NCBI RefSeq assembly: GCF_018977255.1 | Contig: NW_024704743.1 | Location: forward strand, 47,494,001 to 47,558,000 | DNA: 64,000 nt | From: Callorhinchus milii | Taxonomy: Eukaryota | Direction of reading: 5' to 3' | Shown here: positions 61,993 to 64,000 of the stretch, piece by piece | How the letters are laid out: each line of letters starts with the position of its first letter | Numbering within the stretch: position 1 is the first letter of the stretch | Made by a program: the position numbers and the translations under genes | Notes under the pieces: generated by a model | The model's input: only the letters and a program-made list of their open reading frames with translations | What the model was told of the DNA's origin: nothing | Database searches by the model: none

Positions 61993-63587
61993 GTTGCCAC
62001 CATCACGCCCACCCTGAAAAAACCCTCCCTTGATGCGTCGCAGCTATCAAGCTACCGGCCCATCTCCAACCTCCCCTTTCTCTCCAAAGTCTTGGAAAGA
62101 GTTGTCGCCTCCCAACTGCGCTCTTTCCTCTCCACCCATTCTCTTTTTGAACCCCTTCAGTCAGGTTTCCGTGCTGCTCATAGCACAGAAACTGCCCTGG
62201 TCAAGGTCACCAATGACATCCTGACCATCTGTGACCAGGGCTCCCTCTGTCTCCTCGTCCTCCTCGACCTATCGGCAGCATTCGATACGGTCGACCACAC
62301 TATCCTACTCCACCGCTTGTCCTCCCACCTCAACCTTCAAGGCACTGTCCTTGAATGGTTTAGGTCGTACCTTTCTCACCGTCTTCACTTCGTCTCAACG
62401 AATGGCTTCTCCTCCACCCCCCGTACTGTCTCATGTGGTGTCCCTCAGGGCTCTGTCCTCGGTCCCCTCCTCTTCACCCTCTATATGCTCCCCCTTGGTG
62501 ACATCATCCGCAAACATGGGGTTAACTTCCACATGTATGCGGATGACACCCAACTCTACCTTTCCTCCTCTACTCTCAACTCCACGACCACCGATGTCCT
62601 GACAGCCTGCCTGTCCGACATCGAGTCCTGGACGAGAGACAACTTTCTTCAGCTCAACGTGCAAAAAACCGAGGCCCTCCTGATTGGCTCACGTCAGCGC
62701 CTCCGCACCTCAGGCGCTGACACCATCAGCATCCAAGGCTGCACTCTCCACCTCTCAAAGCCAGTCAGGAACCTCGGCGTTTTGTTCGACCCTGAGCTGT
62801 CCTTTCTCCCTCACATCCGCACCACAACTGGCACCGCCTTCCATCACCTCCGGAATATCGCCAGATTACGGCACTACCTCACCCCTCACGCTGCTGAAAC
62901 CCTGGTTCACGCCTTTGTCACCTCAAGGCTGGACTATGGGAACTCTCTCCTCGCCGGCCTTCCCGCCACCTCCCTCCACAAGCTGCAGGTCATTCAGAAC
63001 TCTGCAGCTCGTGTACTGTCCCGCACCAGGCTTCGGGACCACATCACTCCCACCCTCGCTCGCCTCCACTGGCTCCCCATCCCCCAGAGGATTGATTTCA
63101 AGATCCTCATCCTCACCTACAAGGCCATTCACGGCCTTGCTCCCTCCTACCTCTCCAACCTACTATCCCCCTACCTACCTGCCCGTACCCTCCGTTCCTC
63201 TGGCTCCGGTCTGCTCCACGTCCCCCGCCCCAACCGCCCTACTATCGGTGGTCGGGCCTTCAGCCTCTCAGCCCCGAGGCTCTGGAACTCCATCCCCCAG
63301 TGCCTTCGCCTTGCTTCCTCCCTTTCCTCCTTCAAGGCCGGTCTCAAAACCTTTCTCTTTGACCGTGCCTTCAGCTCCCCTCTCGACTCTCTTCCTCCTC
63401 CTCGCTCCCTCCCTTCCCTCCCCTCACCCTGACCATTTCCCCCTCCTCTCTCCCTCCCTTCCCTCCCCTCACCCTGACCATTTCCCCCCTGCTCGGGTCA
63501 TGACCCAACTGTGCAGCGCCTTGGGACGTCCTCCTGACGTGAAAGGCGCTCTATAAATGGAATCTTGTTGTTGTTGTTGTTGTTGTT
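61993..63587 (+). mobile_element. Young 5'-truncated L2-clade LINE with uninterrupted RT frame
   Basis: Frame open from about 61993 ([28 protein letters not shown]) through ORF 62092..63432 ([37 protein letters not shown]). 3' stem-loop and (TTG)n tail. About 40-bp tandem duplication at 63404-63489. Confidence 0.97.
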
Positions 63588-63723
63588 GGGGTGGATGGTC
63601 TGGCGAAGGGATGTCGTCACTGCGCCACTGAAAATGCAATGGGTTGGGACCAGTTCCACCTGGTGATATTTATCGCTCTGACTCAGTCGTGCCACTTTTC
63701 TCATTCTGACTCAGTCCGGCTCA

Positions 63724-64000
63724 TTAATAATAATAATAATAATCCTTGCATTTGATATATTTTCACGTCGGGAGGACTTCCCAAAGCGCTTCACAGAACA
63801 CACTGTAAAGTGAATTGACTGTATATTTGTGGGCGAACGCGGCAGCCAATCGCGCACAGCAATGTCCCACAAACAGTCGTAGATTGAAAATGACCAATTT
63901 TTATTATTGTTTTTGGTTTTGGAGGGATTATTATTAGGCTCTGTGTGGAGTAAGGAAACTTGCCCAAGGTTTTGGGAGTTCAAGGAGTTCAAGGTCTCTC
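63724..64000 (-). mobile_element. Same SINE family, short variant, running off the window edge
   Basis: Reverse match to 16095-16340. Confidence 0.9.

Noticed and set aside
62684..63556. 290-aa Ser/Pro-rich ORF
   Set aside because: Alternative frame of the C-rich L2 ORF2 strand.

Overview
Vertebrate genomic DNA, most likely a cartilaginous fish (inferred from the CR1/L2 LINE and DeuSINE repeat landscape). The window holds the 5' half of CREB5 (ATF2/ATF7/CREB5 bZIP family) on the minus strand. A CpG-island promoter lies at about 59.3-62.0 kb, with a perfect CRE overlapping an E-box and a candidate non-coding first exon (donor after 61620). A candidate alternative coding first exon (Met-Asp-Leu) lies at 53360-53368. 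Four well-supported coding exons (27336-27401, 25816-25909, 13154-13275, 5899-6071) splice in phase and encode the C2H2 finger, the TPTP MAPK motif and the following S/T/P-rich region. The bZIP exons lie beyond the left edge. The introns are filled with CR1 LINEs (one nearly full length), L2 LINEs (one with a 480-codon open frame), a young tRNA-Ala SINE with CORE-like and Deu-like middles and an L2 tail, older SacSINE1/AmnSINE2/LF-SINE-like relics, and one hAT MITE. Nearly all other ORFs in the track are repeat-derived or chance. I found no new protein-coding system. The most unusual signal is structural: at least seven locus-specific inverted duplications plus short templated patches, several fused exactly to the 5' junction of SINE insertions, including a perfect 32-bp hairpin at 12607-12679. 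This points to template switching onto neighbouring DNA during or after retroposon integration. Repeat family names are recalled from consensus sequences, boundaries of old repeats are approximate, and identities were estimated by eye.
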